Assembly: GCA_965248835.1 (NCBI GenBank)
Contig: CBDFLJ010000001.1
Coordinates: 1,920,001-1,984,000, forward strand
From: Alphaproteobacteria bacterium
GTDB taxonomy: Bacteria; Pseudomonadota; Alphaproteobacteria; MPNO01
Direction: 5' to 3'
Length of the DNA: 64,000 bases
Part shown: piece by piece, positions 18,462 through 27,303 of the stretch
Layout of the letters: the number at the start of each line of letters is the position of its first letter
How positions within the stretch are numbered: the stretch's first letter is position 1
Translations under genes and position numbers: made by a program
Notes under the pieces: generated by a model
What the model saw: the letters and a program-made list of their open reading frames with translations, nothing else
Told to the model about the DNA's origin: nothing
The model's database searches: none

Positions 18462-20825
18462 TCAGGAATGGGGGCGCAGCGGGTGCGGCTCAGGCGGTGG
18501 CGAGCGGATCGCCCGCCAGATGCGCTCGGAGGTCACTGGCATGTCGAGGTGAGTGACGCCGTGGTCGCGAAGGGCATCGGCGATCGCCCCGACCACGGCG
18601 GCCGTTGCCGGAGTCGTTCCCGCCTCGCCCGCCCCCTTGACGCCGAGCGGGTTGCTCGGTGCCGCGAGGCCAACGGCCATGCACAAGAAGGCTGGCAAGT
18701 CGCTGGCCCTGGGCAGGCAATAATCCATGAATGAACCGCAGATCAGCTGCCCTGACCCAGCGTCATAGGCGCTCTGCTCGAACAGCGCCTGTCCTATGCC
18801 CTGAGCAATACCTCCATGGATCTGCCCCTCGACGATCATCGGGTTGATAACCCGGCCCACGTCGTCGACGGTAACGTATCGCAGGATTTGGAGGGTCCCG
18901 GTCTCGGGATCGATCTCGACCTCACAGGCCGCAACTCCGTTCGGGTGAGCATGGAGCCGGGTCGAGATTTGGTTTGTCGTTTGGAGCGGACTGGACAGGC
19001 CTTCGGGTGTGCTGCCTCGCTCGGTGGCTTCGGCGGCCTCGAACAGATCCACCGAGCGGTCTGTGCCGAGGACTGTGAACCGGCCATCCGAATAGCCGAT
19101 GTCGGAGACCGCCGCCTCCAGCAGATGGGCGGCGATCTCACGGCCGCGCTCGATGATGTCCTTGCAGGCCCGCAAGATCACGGTCCCGGCGAGGCGCATG
19201 GAGCGGTCGGCATGCGTGCCCCCGCCGGTTACTGCTTGGTCTGAATCGCCGAAGACGATCGAAACCCGTTCGATCGGTATCTCCAGCGTCGCCGACACGA
19301 CTTGAGCGAAAGTCGTCTCGTGCCCCTGACCGGAGGCTTGGGTGCCGATGACCGCTTCGACCCGGCTCTCCTCGGTGAGGATGCGGATGTCGGTTCTCTC
19401 GTTGGGTGCGCCGGCCGGGGATTCGAGATAGTTCGCGATCCCGATGCCTGCGAGCCGCCCACGGGCCGCCGCCTTAGCGCGCCGGTCGGCGAAACCGTGC
19501 CAATCGATCGCTCGCACCGCTGTGTCGAAATTCTTGGTGAATGCCCCGGATTCGTACAGAAGTCCGAGCGCCGACCGATAGGGCAGTAATGCCCCGGGAA
19601 TCAGGTTGCGCCGGCGCAGTTCGGTGCGGTCCATTCCGAACTCGGCGGCCGCGAGGTCGATCAGGCGTTCGAGCAAGTGGGTCACCTCCGGCCTGCCCGC
19701 GCCGCGAAAGACCGACACCGGGACGGTGTTGGTGAAAGCGCCGCGCACAGAAACGTGCATGGACGGGACGTCGTAGGCGGGGCCGGACATACGCAGCAGG
19801 TTCGCCAGCACCGCGAGCGTGACGGGATGCGCCCCGACATTGCCGAGATACTCGAACCGGGCGGCGAGAATCCGCCCCGTATCGTCAAGCGCGATCGCAC
19901 CCTCGCATAGGACGTCGCGTGCCTGATAGTCCGACAGAAATGCATCGCTCCGGCTCGCCGTCCACTTGACCGGGCGTCCGATCCGGCGGGCCGCCCACAA
20001 CAACAGCGGATATTCGGAGTTGCAGGCCGACCGAAGCCCGAAGCCGCCGCCGACGTCGCCGGTCACCACGCGAACCGCCTCGGGCCGCACACCGAGCGCC
20101 GTCGCCAGCGCGCTCTTATAACGATGGACGCCCTGGCTTGGCGCCTGCAATGTGTAGACGCCGCGCCCGGCATCGAAGGTGCCAATCGCCGCCCTCGGCT
20201 CGATCGGGCAGCCGTTGACCCGGTGGTTCAACAACCCGCAGCGGACGATCCGATAGGCGGACGCGAACATTGCATCGGTTGCGGCACCATCGCCGTTTTC
20301 GGCCATGACGCAGACATTGTCGCGGTCCCAGATCCGCGGCGCCGAGGCCATGACGGCAGCACGCACATCGGTGACGGCGGGCAAGGGAGCATAGTCGACC
20401 TTGACCCGTTCCAAGGCATCGAGCGCGAAGTCCGGGGTCTCGGCGACTGCGATCGCTACAATTTCACCGACGTGGCGAACCCGGTCCGGGGCGATCGGCA
20501 GGCCGGCCGGCAGAGGGGGCAGTTCTCCAGGCGTAAAGGACGGCTTGCTCGGATCGAGATGATCCGCGACGTTGGCGTAGTGCGTGAGAGCACCGAGCCC
20601 GTCGGCGACATATTCACGAGCCGTGAGCACGGTGAGAACGCCCGGCAACGAGGCCGCTTTCGCTGTATCGATCCGCGCGATGTCGGCATGGGCGTGGGGC
20701 GAGCGTAGAAAGCATGCGTAGGCCTGCCCGGCCTCGTTAAGGTCGTCGGTGAACCGGCCGGTTCCGGTGAGAAGCCGCCGGTCCTCCTTCCGCGCGATGC
20801 TCTCGCCGATCGCCGTGCCCGCCAT
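18462..20825 (-). CDS. xanthine dehydrogenase family molybdopterin-binding large subunit (CoxL form II-like)
   Basis: IGESIARKEDRRLLTGTGRFTDD, SPHAHA, DVGGGFG, FRGAGRPE, SGQGHETTFAQ, GQIHGGIAQGIGQAL, NPLGVKGAGEAG. Confidence 0.92.
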   Translation of the reverse strand: MAGTAIGESIARKEDRRLLTGTGRFTDDLNEAGQAYACFLRSPHAHADIARIDTAKAASLPGVLTVLTAREYVADGLGALTHYANVADHLDPSKPSFTPGELPPLPAGLPIAPDRVRHVGEIVAIAVAETPDFALDALERVKVDYAPLPAVTDVRAAVMASAPRIWDRDNVCVMAENGDGAATDAMFASAYRIVRCGLLNHRVNGCPIEPRAAIGTFDAGRGVYTLQAPSQGVHRYKSALATALGVRPEAVRVVTGDVGGGFGLRSACNSEYPLLLWAARRIGRPVKWTASRSDAFLSDYQARDVLCEGAIALDDTGRILAARFEYLGNVGAHPVTLAVLANLLRMSGPAYDVPSMHVSVRGAFTNTVPVSVFRGAGRPEVTHLLERLIDLAAAEFGMDRTELRRRNLIPGALLPYRSALGLLYESGAFTKNFDTAVRAIDWHGFADRRAKAAARGRLAGIGIANYLESPAGAPNERTDIRILTEESRVEAVIGTQASGQGHETTFAQVVSATLEIPIERVSIVFGDSDQAVTGGGTHADRSMRLAGTVILRACKDIIERGREIAAHLLEAAVSDIGYSDGRFTVLGTDRSVDLFEAAEATERGSTPEGLSSPLQTTNQISTRLHAHPNGVAACEVEIDPETGTLQILRYVTVDDVGRVINPMIVEGQIHGGIAQGIGQALFEQSAYDAGSGQLICGSFMDYCLPRASDLPAFLCMAVGLAAPSNPLGVKGAGEAGTTPATAAVVGAIADALRDHGVTHLDMPVTSERIWRAIRSPPPEPHPLRPHS

Positions 20826-21114
20826 CTCGCCCTCCCCAAGACCCGCTATCGTCGGATCGATTGGGGAGTTTGGATGACATTGCGCCACCAGGCCAGCGCA
20901 TGATCGGTACACGCCCCGGGCGCTGGACCCGATTGGGGGGGCGGCGTTGTCGCAGAATGTGCGAAGCCGTGCGCAGGGCCGTCCGAATGGCCGCCGAGCC
21001 AATTGTCGTGGCCGCACGGAAGCGCATCGGTACACGCCGCGACCGCTTCGAACCCTAGGAATGCACCAGCGATTTCAAAACGCCGGCGATGACCCAACCT
21101 GAAAACCGAACGGT

Positions 21115-22659
21115 CTAGGCGCCGTCTTCGAAGCCGTATTCGGCCCAGCGGCTTTCGACCTTGTCGAGGTCTTCGCGGTGGGGCATGACGGTGGGCGGGT
21201 AGCGCTCGCCGTCGTAGCTCTCCTCGGGCTCGAAATCGAGATTGACGGTGGCATCGATGAGCACCCGGCACCACTTGCCGGTGCCATAGAGCATCGGGTC
21301 GCGATCCTTGAGCCGGGTCGAAGGGTCGAGCAGCGAGCCCCAGGAGCCGGGGAAAAAGACGATATCGTCCTCGGCCGCGTTGACCCGGTAGGCGAACGCC
21401 CAGTCGAGCGCGGCATAGTCGTGGATGTCGATGTCCTCGTCGACAACCCAGATGTGCTTGTAGCGCAGATGAGAGGCATTGGAGCCCCAGATCGCCGCGG
21501 CCGCTTGCTTTGCCTGGCCGCGATAGGTCTGGCGGAGTTGGATCATCAAGGTGGTGCCGTTATTGGCCGGCGCGCAGTGGACGTCCCGCACCCCGGGCAC
21601 GCCGGCGCGCTCGAGCACGTTCCAGGCCACGCCCGCGCGCTGCACCGAGCTGGTGATCGAGTTCTCGTTCAGCATCTTGGGCAGCGTGCCCTCCAGCGTG
21701 CCGCGGTGGATCGAGCCGTCGCGGTAGGTCACACATGTCACCTTGGTGACGTGCTTGGGCCCCTGGTCGCCGCCGAAATAGCCGGTGTACTCGCCGAACG
21801 GCCCCTCCTGCTCGAAGGTCGCGGGGTCGGGGTCGATGAAGCCTTCGATGACCATCTCGGCATCGGCCGGCACCATCAGGTCCGAGGTCTCGCACTTGAC
21901 CAGCGGCACCGGCGCGCCGCGCATCGCGCCCATGACTTCGTACTCCGAGACCCCGGTCGGAATCGGCGCCGAGGCGCAATACGGCATCACCGGCTCCCAG
22001 CCATAGACGTGGGCGACCGGCATCTTCTGGCCGCGGTCGGCCCATTTCTGAAAATGAACGCCCCAGTTCTGCGCCCGCCACAGCAGCACCGGCAGCGTGT
22101 CTTTCTGGCCCAGCATGCCGCGATAGATGCCGATATTGTGGACTCCGGTGTCGGGGTCCATGGTCACCGTGGCCTGGTAGGTGTTGATATAACGCCCGCC
22201 GTCCTCGCGGTGCCAGCGCGGCACCGGCACCTTGTAGATGTCGATGTCGGCGCCGGTGACGATGTTTTCCTTGACCTTGCCGTCCTTGACCGTCACCGGC
22301 GCGACCCGCTGCTGGAGGTAGTGGCGGGTCGCCAGCACCAGGTCGCGGATCGGCGCGTCCTTGGGCAGTCCCAGCATCATGGCCACGCGCGAATAGTTCG
22401 ACAGCCCGCCGGTGAAGACCGCGCGCGACCACACGTCGTCATCGGCCCCGTAGCCGGTGATGTTCTCGAACATCAGCGCCGGGCCGTGGCCCTCGCCGAA
22501 GGTCTTGCGCGCGATCGTGCCCAGCTCGCAGTTCCAATCGACCTCGGCGCCGATGCGGTGCAGCTCGCCCTCGATATCGAGCGCCTCGATCCAGCCGCGC
22601 AGATCGCCGAAGCTCCGCGGCTGCAGGCGGTTGGAGAGCCCTGCGGGTTGTTCACTCAC
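21115..22659 (-). CDS. UbiD-family prFMN-dependent (de)carboxylase, paralog 1
   Basis: DLRGWIEALD, DGGRYINT, NIGIYRGM, VPADAEMVIEG, EGPFGEYTGY, WVVDEDIDIHD; GTG start with RBS AGGAG. Confidence 0.92.
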   Translation of the reverse strand: MSEQPAGLSNRLQPRSFGDLRGWIEALDIEGELHRIGAEVDWNCELGTIARKTFGEGHGPALMFENITGYGADDDVWSRAVFTGGLSNYSRVAMMLGLPKDAPIRDLVLATRHYLQQRVAPVTVKDGKVKENIVTGADIDIYKVPVPRWHREDGGRYINTYQATVTMDPDTGVHNIGIYRGMLGQKDTLPVLLWRAQNWGVHFQKWADRGQKMPVAHVYGWEPVMPYCASAPIPTGVSEYEVMGAMRGAPVPLVKCETSDLMVPADAEMVIEGFIDPDPATFEQEGPFGEYTGYFGGDQGPKHVTKVTCVTYRDGSIHRGTLEGTLPKMLNENSITSSVQRAGVAWNVLERAGVPGVRDVHCAPANNGTTLMIQLRQTYRGQAKQAAAAIWGSNASHLRYKHIWVVDEDIDIHDYAALDWAFAYRVNAAEDDIVFFPGSWGSLLDPSTRLKDRDPMLYGTGKWCRVLIDATVNLDFEPEESYDGERYPPTVMPHREDLDKVESRWAEYGFEDGA

Positions 22660-22668
22660 ATCCTGCTC

Positions 22669-24237
22669 CTATCTCAGATCGTCGAGGCCGAGCTCGGAGA
22701 AGCGCGCGCGTGCAGCCTCCTGATCCTCGGCCGAGGGCTCGACGGTCGGCGGGTAGCGCCTGCCGCCGCGGTCGGGCGGGTAGTCGAGGTTGATCGTCGC
22801 ATCGATCAGCACGCGGTGCCACTTGCCGGTGCCGAACAGATGGACGTCGGCATCGCGGCGGCGGACCGAGGGGTCGAGCCCCGCCCCCCAGGTCGCAGGG
22901 TAGATCACGATATCGCCCTCGCCCGCGTTGACCCGCCATGCGAGCGCCCAGTCGACGGCGGCATAGTCGTGAATGTCGATGTCCTCATCGACAACGATGA
23001 CATGCTTGTAGCGGACGTGCGAAGACGAATCGCCCCACAGCGCCGCCGCGGCCTGCTTGGCTTGGCCGCGATAGGTCTGGCGCATCTGGACGAGCATGTT
23101 GACTCCGGCGTGGATCGGCTGGCCGAAGACATCGGTGATGCCGGGGACGCCGGCCCGGTCGAGCGCGTTCCAGGCCGAGGCCGAGCGCTGGATCGAGCTC
23201 ATCACCGGGTTCTCGGCATAGCTGTAGGGAAGCGCGCCTTCGAGCGTCCCGCGGAAGATCGGCCGGTCCCGGTGGGTGATCGCGCTCACCCGCGTGGTGT
23301 GCTTCCTGGTCACCTCGGTCGCGTAGTAACCGGTGAACTCGGCATAGGGGCCTTCCTCGGCGAAAGTCTCGGGGTCGGACGAAATCCAGCCTTCGATGAC
23401 GATCTCCGCGGCGGCCGGGACCATGAGCGGCACCGTCTCGCAGGGCACCAGCTCGACCGGCGCGCCCCTGATCGCGCCCATCACGTCGTATTCGGAGATC
23501 TGGCGCGGCACCGGCGCGCCGGCGGTGAACCCCATCGAAGGCTCCCAGCCGATGACATAGGCAACCGGCATTTCCTCGCCGCGCTCGACATATTTGCTGA
23601 AATGCCCGCCCCAATGCTGGGCGCGCCACATCAGCACGGCAATGCGGTCGCGATCGACCACCATCCCGCGGTAGATCCCGACATTGTGCAGGTCGGTGTC
23701 GGGGTCCTTGGTCACGCAGCCGGCATAGGTCAGCACGTAGCGCCCGCCGTCGAGCCGGTTCCACCGGGGCACCGGGAGCTTCAGCAGATCGATGTCATCG
23801 CCGGTCAGGATGTTCTGCTTCACCGGTCCGGTGCCGACTACGACGGGCGCGATGCGCTCGGTAAAGATGGTCTTGCAGATCTTGACCAGTTCGCGCGCCG
23901 GGGTGTCCTGGGGCAGGCCGAACATCATCGCCAGCCTGGAATAGCTGCCCTGCCCGCCGACGAAGATCTCCCGGCATAGCGCGTCGGCGCCGTTGTAGTC
24001 CTTGATGTTGCTGAACAGCAGCGCCGGCCTGTCGCCCTTGCCCTGGACCATCCGGTAGATGGTGCCGAGCTCGACGTCCCAGTCGACCTCGCCGGTGATC
24101 TCCTTCAGCTCGCCCGCCTCGCGCAGAGCCTCGATCCAGCCCCGCATATCGCCATGGGCGACCGGCGTGCGCATCTCGGCAAGACCGCTTTTCACATCCA
24201 CAATCCAGACCTCATCCCCGTTGGCGGGCGTCGGCAT
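22669..24237 (-). CDS. UbiD-family prFMN-dependent (de)carboxylase, paralog 2 (start uncertain, 24174-24237)
   Basis: DMRGWIEALREAGEL, DGGRYVLT, NVGIYRGM, VPAAAEIVIEG, EGPYAEFTGY, IVVDEDIDIHD. Confidence 0.92.
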   Translation of the reverse strand: MPTPANGDEVWIVDVKSGLAEMRTPVAHGDMRGWIEALREAGELKEITGEVDWDVELGTIYRMVQGKGDRPALLFSNIKDYNGADALCREIFVGGQGSYSRLAMMFGLPQDTPARELVKICKTIFTERIAPVVVGTGPVKQNILTGDDIDLLKLPVPRWNRLDGGRYVLTYAGCVTKDPDTDLHNVGIYRGMVVDRDRIAVLMWRAQHWGGHFSKYVERGEEMPVAYVIGWEPSMGFTAGAPVPRQISEYDVMGAIRGAPVELVPCETVPLMVPAAAEIVIEGWISSDPETFAEEGPYAEFTGYYATEVTRKHTTRVSAITHRDRPIFRGTLEGALPYSYAENPVMSSIQRSASAWNALDRAGVPGITDVFGQPIHAGVNMLVQMRQTYRGQAKQAAAALWGDSSSHVRYKHVIVVDEDIDIHDYAAVDWALAWRVNAGEGDIVIYPATWGAGLDPSVRRRDADVHLFGTGKWHRVLIDATINLDYPPDRGGRRYPPTVEPSAEDQEAARARFSELGLDDLR

Positions 24238-24275
24238 GATAATCAGGCCGTCCGCGCCGTCCAGGGCGGCGGCGG

Positions 24276-24304
24276 TTGACACCGGCCGGCCCGGCGCGGA
24301 CCAT
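24276..24304 (+). promoter_or_regulatory. candidate sigma70 promoter for the Rieske operon
   Basis: TTGACA at 24276-24281, 17-nt spacer, GACCAT at 24299-24304; the ATG at 24316 has no Shine-Dalgarno. Confidence 0.45.
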
Positions 24305-24315
24305 CCGGGCCCGAG

Positions 24316-25635
24316 ATGAACGCCCAAAGCTATATCGACGACCGGCCCGCGGACGAGGTCTTTCGGGTCAGGCGCGCGGCATTCGTCGATCCGGACCTGT
24401 TCGAGGCCGAGATCGAGCGGATCTTTCATCGCACCTGGAATTATCTGTGCCACGAAAGTCAGCTCGCCCAACGCGGCGATTACCTCGCCACGGCGATCGG
24501 CCGACAGCCGGTGTTCGTGATCCGCGGGCTGGACGGGCAATTGCGCTGCTTCCACGACTCGTGTCCGCACCGCGGATCGATGCTGACGCGGGCGCGCGCC
24601 GGCTGCTCGCCGACCATCACCTGCCGCTATCACGGCTGGACGTTCAACGCCGACGGTAAATGTTTGCGGGTGCGCGGCCGCGACCGCAGCTACGAGGAAA
24701 GCGCGCTGGCGCGGCTGGGCACCGACCTCAAGCCGGTGGCGCGGACCGCGAGCTATCGCGGCTTCGTCTTCGCCAGCCTGGACGAAGGCGTCGCGGACCT
24801 TGAGCGGTTTCTCGGCGGGGCGCGGCCGTTCGTCGACCTGATGGCCGATCAGTCCGAACACGGCATGGAGGTGCTCAAGGGCGAGAGCCGCTATGTGATG
24901 CGGGCGAACTGGAAGCTGCAGACGGAGAACTCGACCGACGGCTATCACGTCGCGACCGTACACCGCAATTTCGCCCACACGGTCCGCCACCGCGAGGCGA
25001 TGACCGGCGAGGCGCACGATGGCCGGGCCAGGACCGAGGCGAGCCGGATCCTCGACCTGGAATCCATCCAATCGGGCGGCTACGACGTCGGCAACGGGCA
25101 CATGATCAACTGGTCGGACCGGGGCACGCCGGAAGCCGCGCCGCTGAACGAGGCCCGCGCTTCGCTGGTCGCCCGCTTCGGCGAAGGCAAGGCGCGCTGG
25201 ATGATCGACCGCGGCCGGACGGTGACGATCTTTCCCAATTTCTTCCTCAACGATGTGGCCTCGACCTGCATCCGGGTCTGGCGGCCGATCGAGGTCGGGC
25301 TCACCGAGATCGACACCTGGTGCCTGGCGCCGGTCGGCGAGAGCGCGCAGGCCCGCCGGGCGCGGATCCGCAAATACGAGGATTTCTTCCTGCCCTCGAG
25401 CCTCGCCGTGCCCGATGACGTGCGCGCGATGGAGGTCGCCCATGCCGGGGCCAAGGCGGCCGGCGGGGCGGCATGGAACGACCTGGCGCTCGGCAGGGCG
25501 ACGATGATCGCGGGTGCGGATGCGGCCGCGGCCGAGATCGGCGCAACCCCGCTGACCAGCAATCCGGGCCGCGAAAGCGAGACGCCGTTCTACGGCTTCT
25601 GGCGCGAATGGCAGCGCCGGCTGGATGCGCCGTGA
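24316..25635 (+). CDS. Rieske oxygenase alpha subunit (benzoate/anthranilate dioxygenase-like)
   Basis: WNYLCHESQL, CPH-x17-CRYHGW, NWKLQTENSTDGYHVATVH, AVPDD. Confidence 0.92.
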   Translation: MNAQSYIDDRPADEVFRVRRAAFVDPDLFEAEIERIFHRTWNYLCHESQLAQRGDYLATAIGRQPVFVIRGLDGQLRCFHDSCPHRGSMLTRARAGCSPTITCRYHGWTFNADGKCLRVRGRDRSYEESALARLGTDLKPVARTASYRGFVFASLDEGVADLERFLGGARPFVDLMADQSEHGMEVLKGESRYVMRANWKLQTENSTDGYHVATVHRNFAHTVRHREAMTGEAHDGRARTEASRILDLESIQSGGYDVGNGHMINWSDRGTPEAAPLNEARASLVARFGEGKARWMIDRGRTVTIFPNFFLNDVASTCIRVWRPIEVGLTEIDTWCLAPVGESAQARRARIRKYEDFFLPSSLAVPDDVRAMEVAHAGAKAAGGAAWNDLALGRATMIAGADAAAAEIGATPLTSNPGRESETPFYGFWREWQRRLDAP

Positions 25636-26132
25636 GCGGCTTCGATCCGGCGCTGACCGCCGAGGTTGCGGATTTGCTGTACCGCGAGGCCTTTCACCTC
25701 GACCGCCGCGAATGGGACCGCTGGCTGGCGCTGTATGCCGAGGACGCTCTGTTCTGGGCCCCCGCGCTTGCCGGCGATGAGGGGTTCACCACAGATCCGG
25801 ACAACGAGATCAGCCTGATCCATCTCGACCGCACGGGGCTTCAGGCGCGCGTCTTTCGCATCGAATCCGGGGACTCGTATGCCAACATGCCCTTGCCGAT
25901 GACCGCGCACCTGATCACCAATGTCCGGGTCGTGGACGCCGGCAAGGCGCGGATCGAGGCGGCCGCGTGCTGGCTGGTAACGAGCTTCCGGCGGATCGAG
26001 CCGCCGATCACCCGCGCCGGGCTCTACGACCACACCCTGAGGCGCGGCGCGGCAGGCCTGGAGATCGTCAAAAAGACCGTGCGCATCCTCGATGACCGCA
26101 TCGTCGGGCCGATCGATATCTTCAACATATGA
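25632..26132 (+). CDS. Rieske oxygenase beta subunit (BenB-like)
   Basis: LLYREAFHLDRREWDRWLALY...FWAP...DPDNEISLI...RVFRIESG...TAHLITNV...KKTV...DIFNI; GTGA overlap with alpha. Confidence 0.9.
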   Translation: MSGFDPALTAEVADLLYREAFHLDRREWDRWLALYAEDALFWAPALAGDEGFTTDPDNEISLIHLDRTGLQARVFRIESGDSYANMPLPMTAHLITNVRVVDAGKARIEAAACWLVTSFRRIEPPITRAGLYDHTLRRGAAGLEIVKKTVRILDDRIVGPIDIFNI

Positions 26133-26144
26133 GGCCCGGAAGAA

Positions 26145-27260
26145 ATGCCGCCTGCACCCCCGTTTCGCGCCGAGCATATCGGAAGCCTGCTGCGTCCGGC
26201 CGAGCTGCTGGCCGCACGCGCCGGTTTCGATGCCGGCGAGATCGATGAAACCGCGCTGACCGCGATAGAGGACGCGGCGATCCGCGATGCCGTGGCATTG
26301 CAGGAATCCGTCGGTCTGCAGGTGATCACCGACGGAGAGTTCCGCCGAGGCACCTATTCGGACAATTTCACGACATCGGGGATCGGCGGGGTGGTGGCGG
26401 AATTCACCGGCGGCGGGCGGTGGGCCTATACCGACCGCCACGGCCACAGGACGCCGGCGCGCGTCCCCCGCGTGGTCGACCGGCTGCGCTGGAAGGGTGC
26501 GGCCAACCGCGCGCCGTTCGACTTTCTCGCCGGGCTTACCGAGCGGACGATCAAGCTCACCCTGCCCGGGCCGTGCTATATCCACTACCGCGCCGGACGC
26601 GAGAACATCAGCGCCGACGTCTACCCCGACCTCGACGATTTCTGGTCCGACCTCGTGGCCTGCTATGCCAGCGAGCTCGAGGCGCTGGCCGCGGCGGGCT
26701 GCGGCTACGTCCAGCTCGACGAGACCGCGCTCGCCAAGCTCGGCGATCCCGGAATTCGCGATGGGCTGGCCGCGCGGGGCGATGACTGGCGGGATCTGCT
26801 CGACGTCTATATCGAGGCGATCAACGCGGTGGCTGCGGCTGCGCCTGCCGGCATGCGGCTCGCCATCCATCTGTGCCGCGGCAACAACCGGGGCCATTGG
26901 CAGGCCGAGGGCGGCTACGACGACATCGCCGAAGCCCTGTTCAAGCGGCTCGATATCGATCTGTATTTCCTGGAGTACGACAGCCCGCGCGCCGGCACGT
27001 TCGAGCCGCTCGCCGAGGTGCCCGAGGGCAAGTCGGTCGTGCTCGGCCTGGTCTCCACCAAGCTCGGCACGCTCGAGGACGAGGCGCTCCTGATCGGGCG
27101 GATCTTCGATGCCTCCTCGCACGTCCCGCTCGACCGCCTGGCGATCAGCCCGCAATGCGGCTTCGCCTCGGCCGCGGAAGGAAACGAGATCACCACCGCC
27201 GAGCAGGAAGCAAAGCTCCGCCGGGTGGTTGCCGTCGCCCAACGGGTATGGGACCGATGA
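26145..27260 (+). CDS. MetE-like single-domain Zn-dependent thiol alkyltransferase (cobalamin-independent methionine synthase II family)
   Basis: PPFRAEHIGSLLRP, ITDGEFRR, YVQLDE; Zn ligands in HLCRGN, FLEYD, SPQCGFAS; lacks the MetE N-terminal barrel. Confidence 0.88.
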   Translation: MPPAPPFRAEHIGSLLRPAELLAARAGFDAGEIDETALTAIEDAAIRDAVALQESVGLQVITDGEFRRGTYSDNFTTSGIGGVVAEFTGGGRWAYTDRHGHRTPARVPRVVDRLRWKGAANRAPFDFLAGLTERTIKLTLPGPCYIHYRAGRENISADVYPDLDDFWSDLVACYASELEALAAAGCGYVQLDETALAKLGDPGIRDGLAARGDDWRDLLDVYIEAINAVAAAAPAGMRLAIHLCRGNNRGHWQAEGGYDDIAEALFKRLDIDLYFLEYDSPRAGTFEPLAEVPEGKSVVLGLVSTKLGTLEDEALLIGRIFDASSHVPLDRLAISPQCGFASAAEGNEITTAEQEAKLRRVVAVAQRVWDR

Positions 27261-27303
27261 TGCGCTGTGGAACGCGATAGGGACCGGAACGGGAGAGCAT
27301 GCG

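Noticed and set aside
20830-21110. Intergenic region with a TTCGAACC tRNA T-loop-like string
   Set aside because: No cloverleaf stems or CCA end could be built; not a tRNA or att site on present evidence.
21178-23979. 933-aa + strand ORF
   Set aside because: Antisense to the two UbiD genes; no recognisable domain.
24238-25443. Apparent ~400-aa N-terminal extension of UbiD paralog 2 (924-aa ORF)
   Set aside because: The extension is the antisense of the Rieske alpha gene; UbiD homology starts near 24174-24237.
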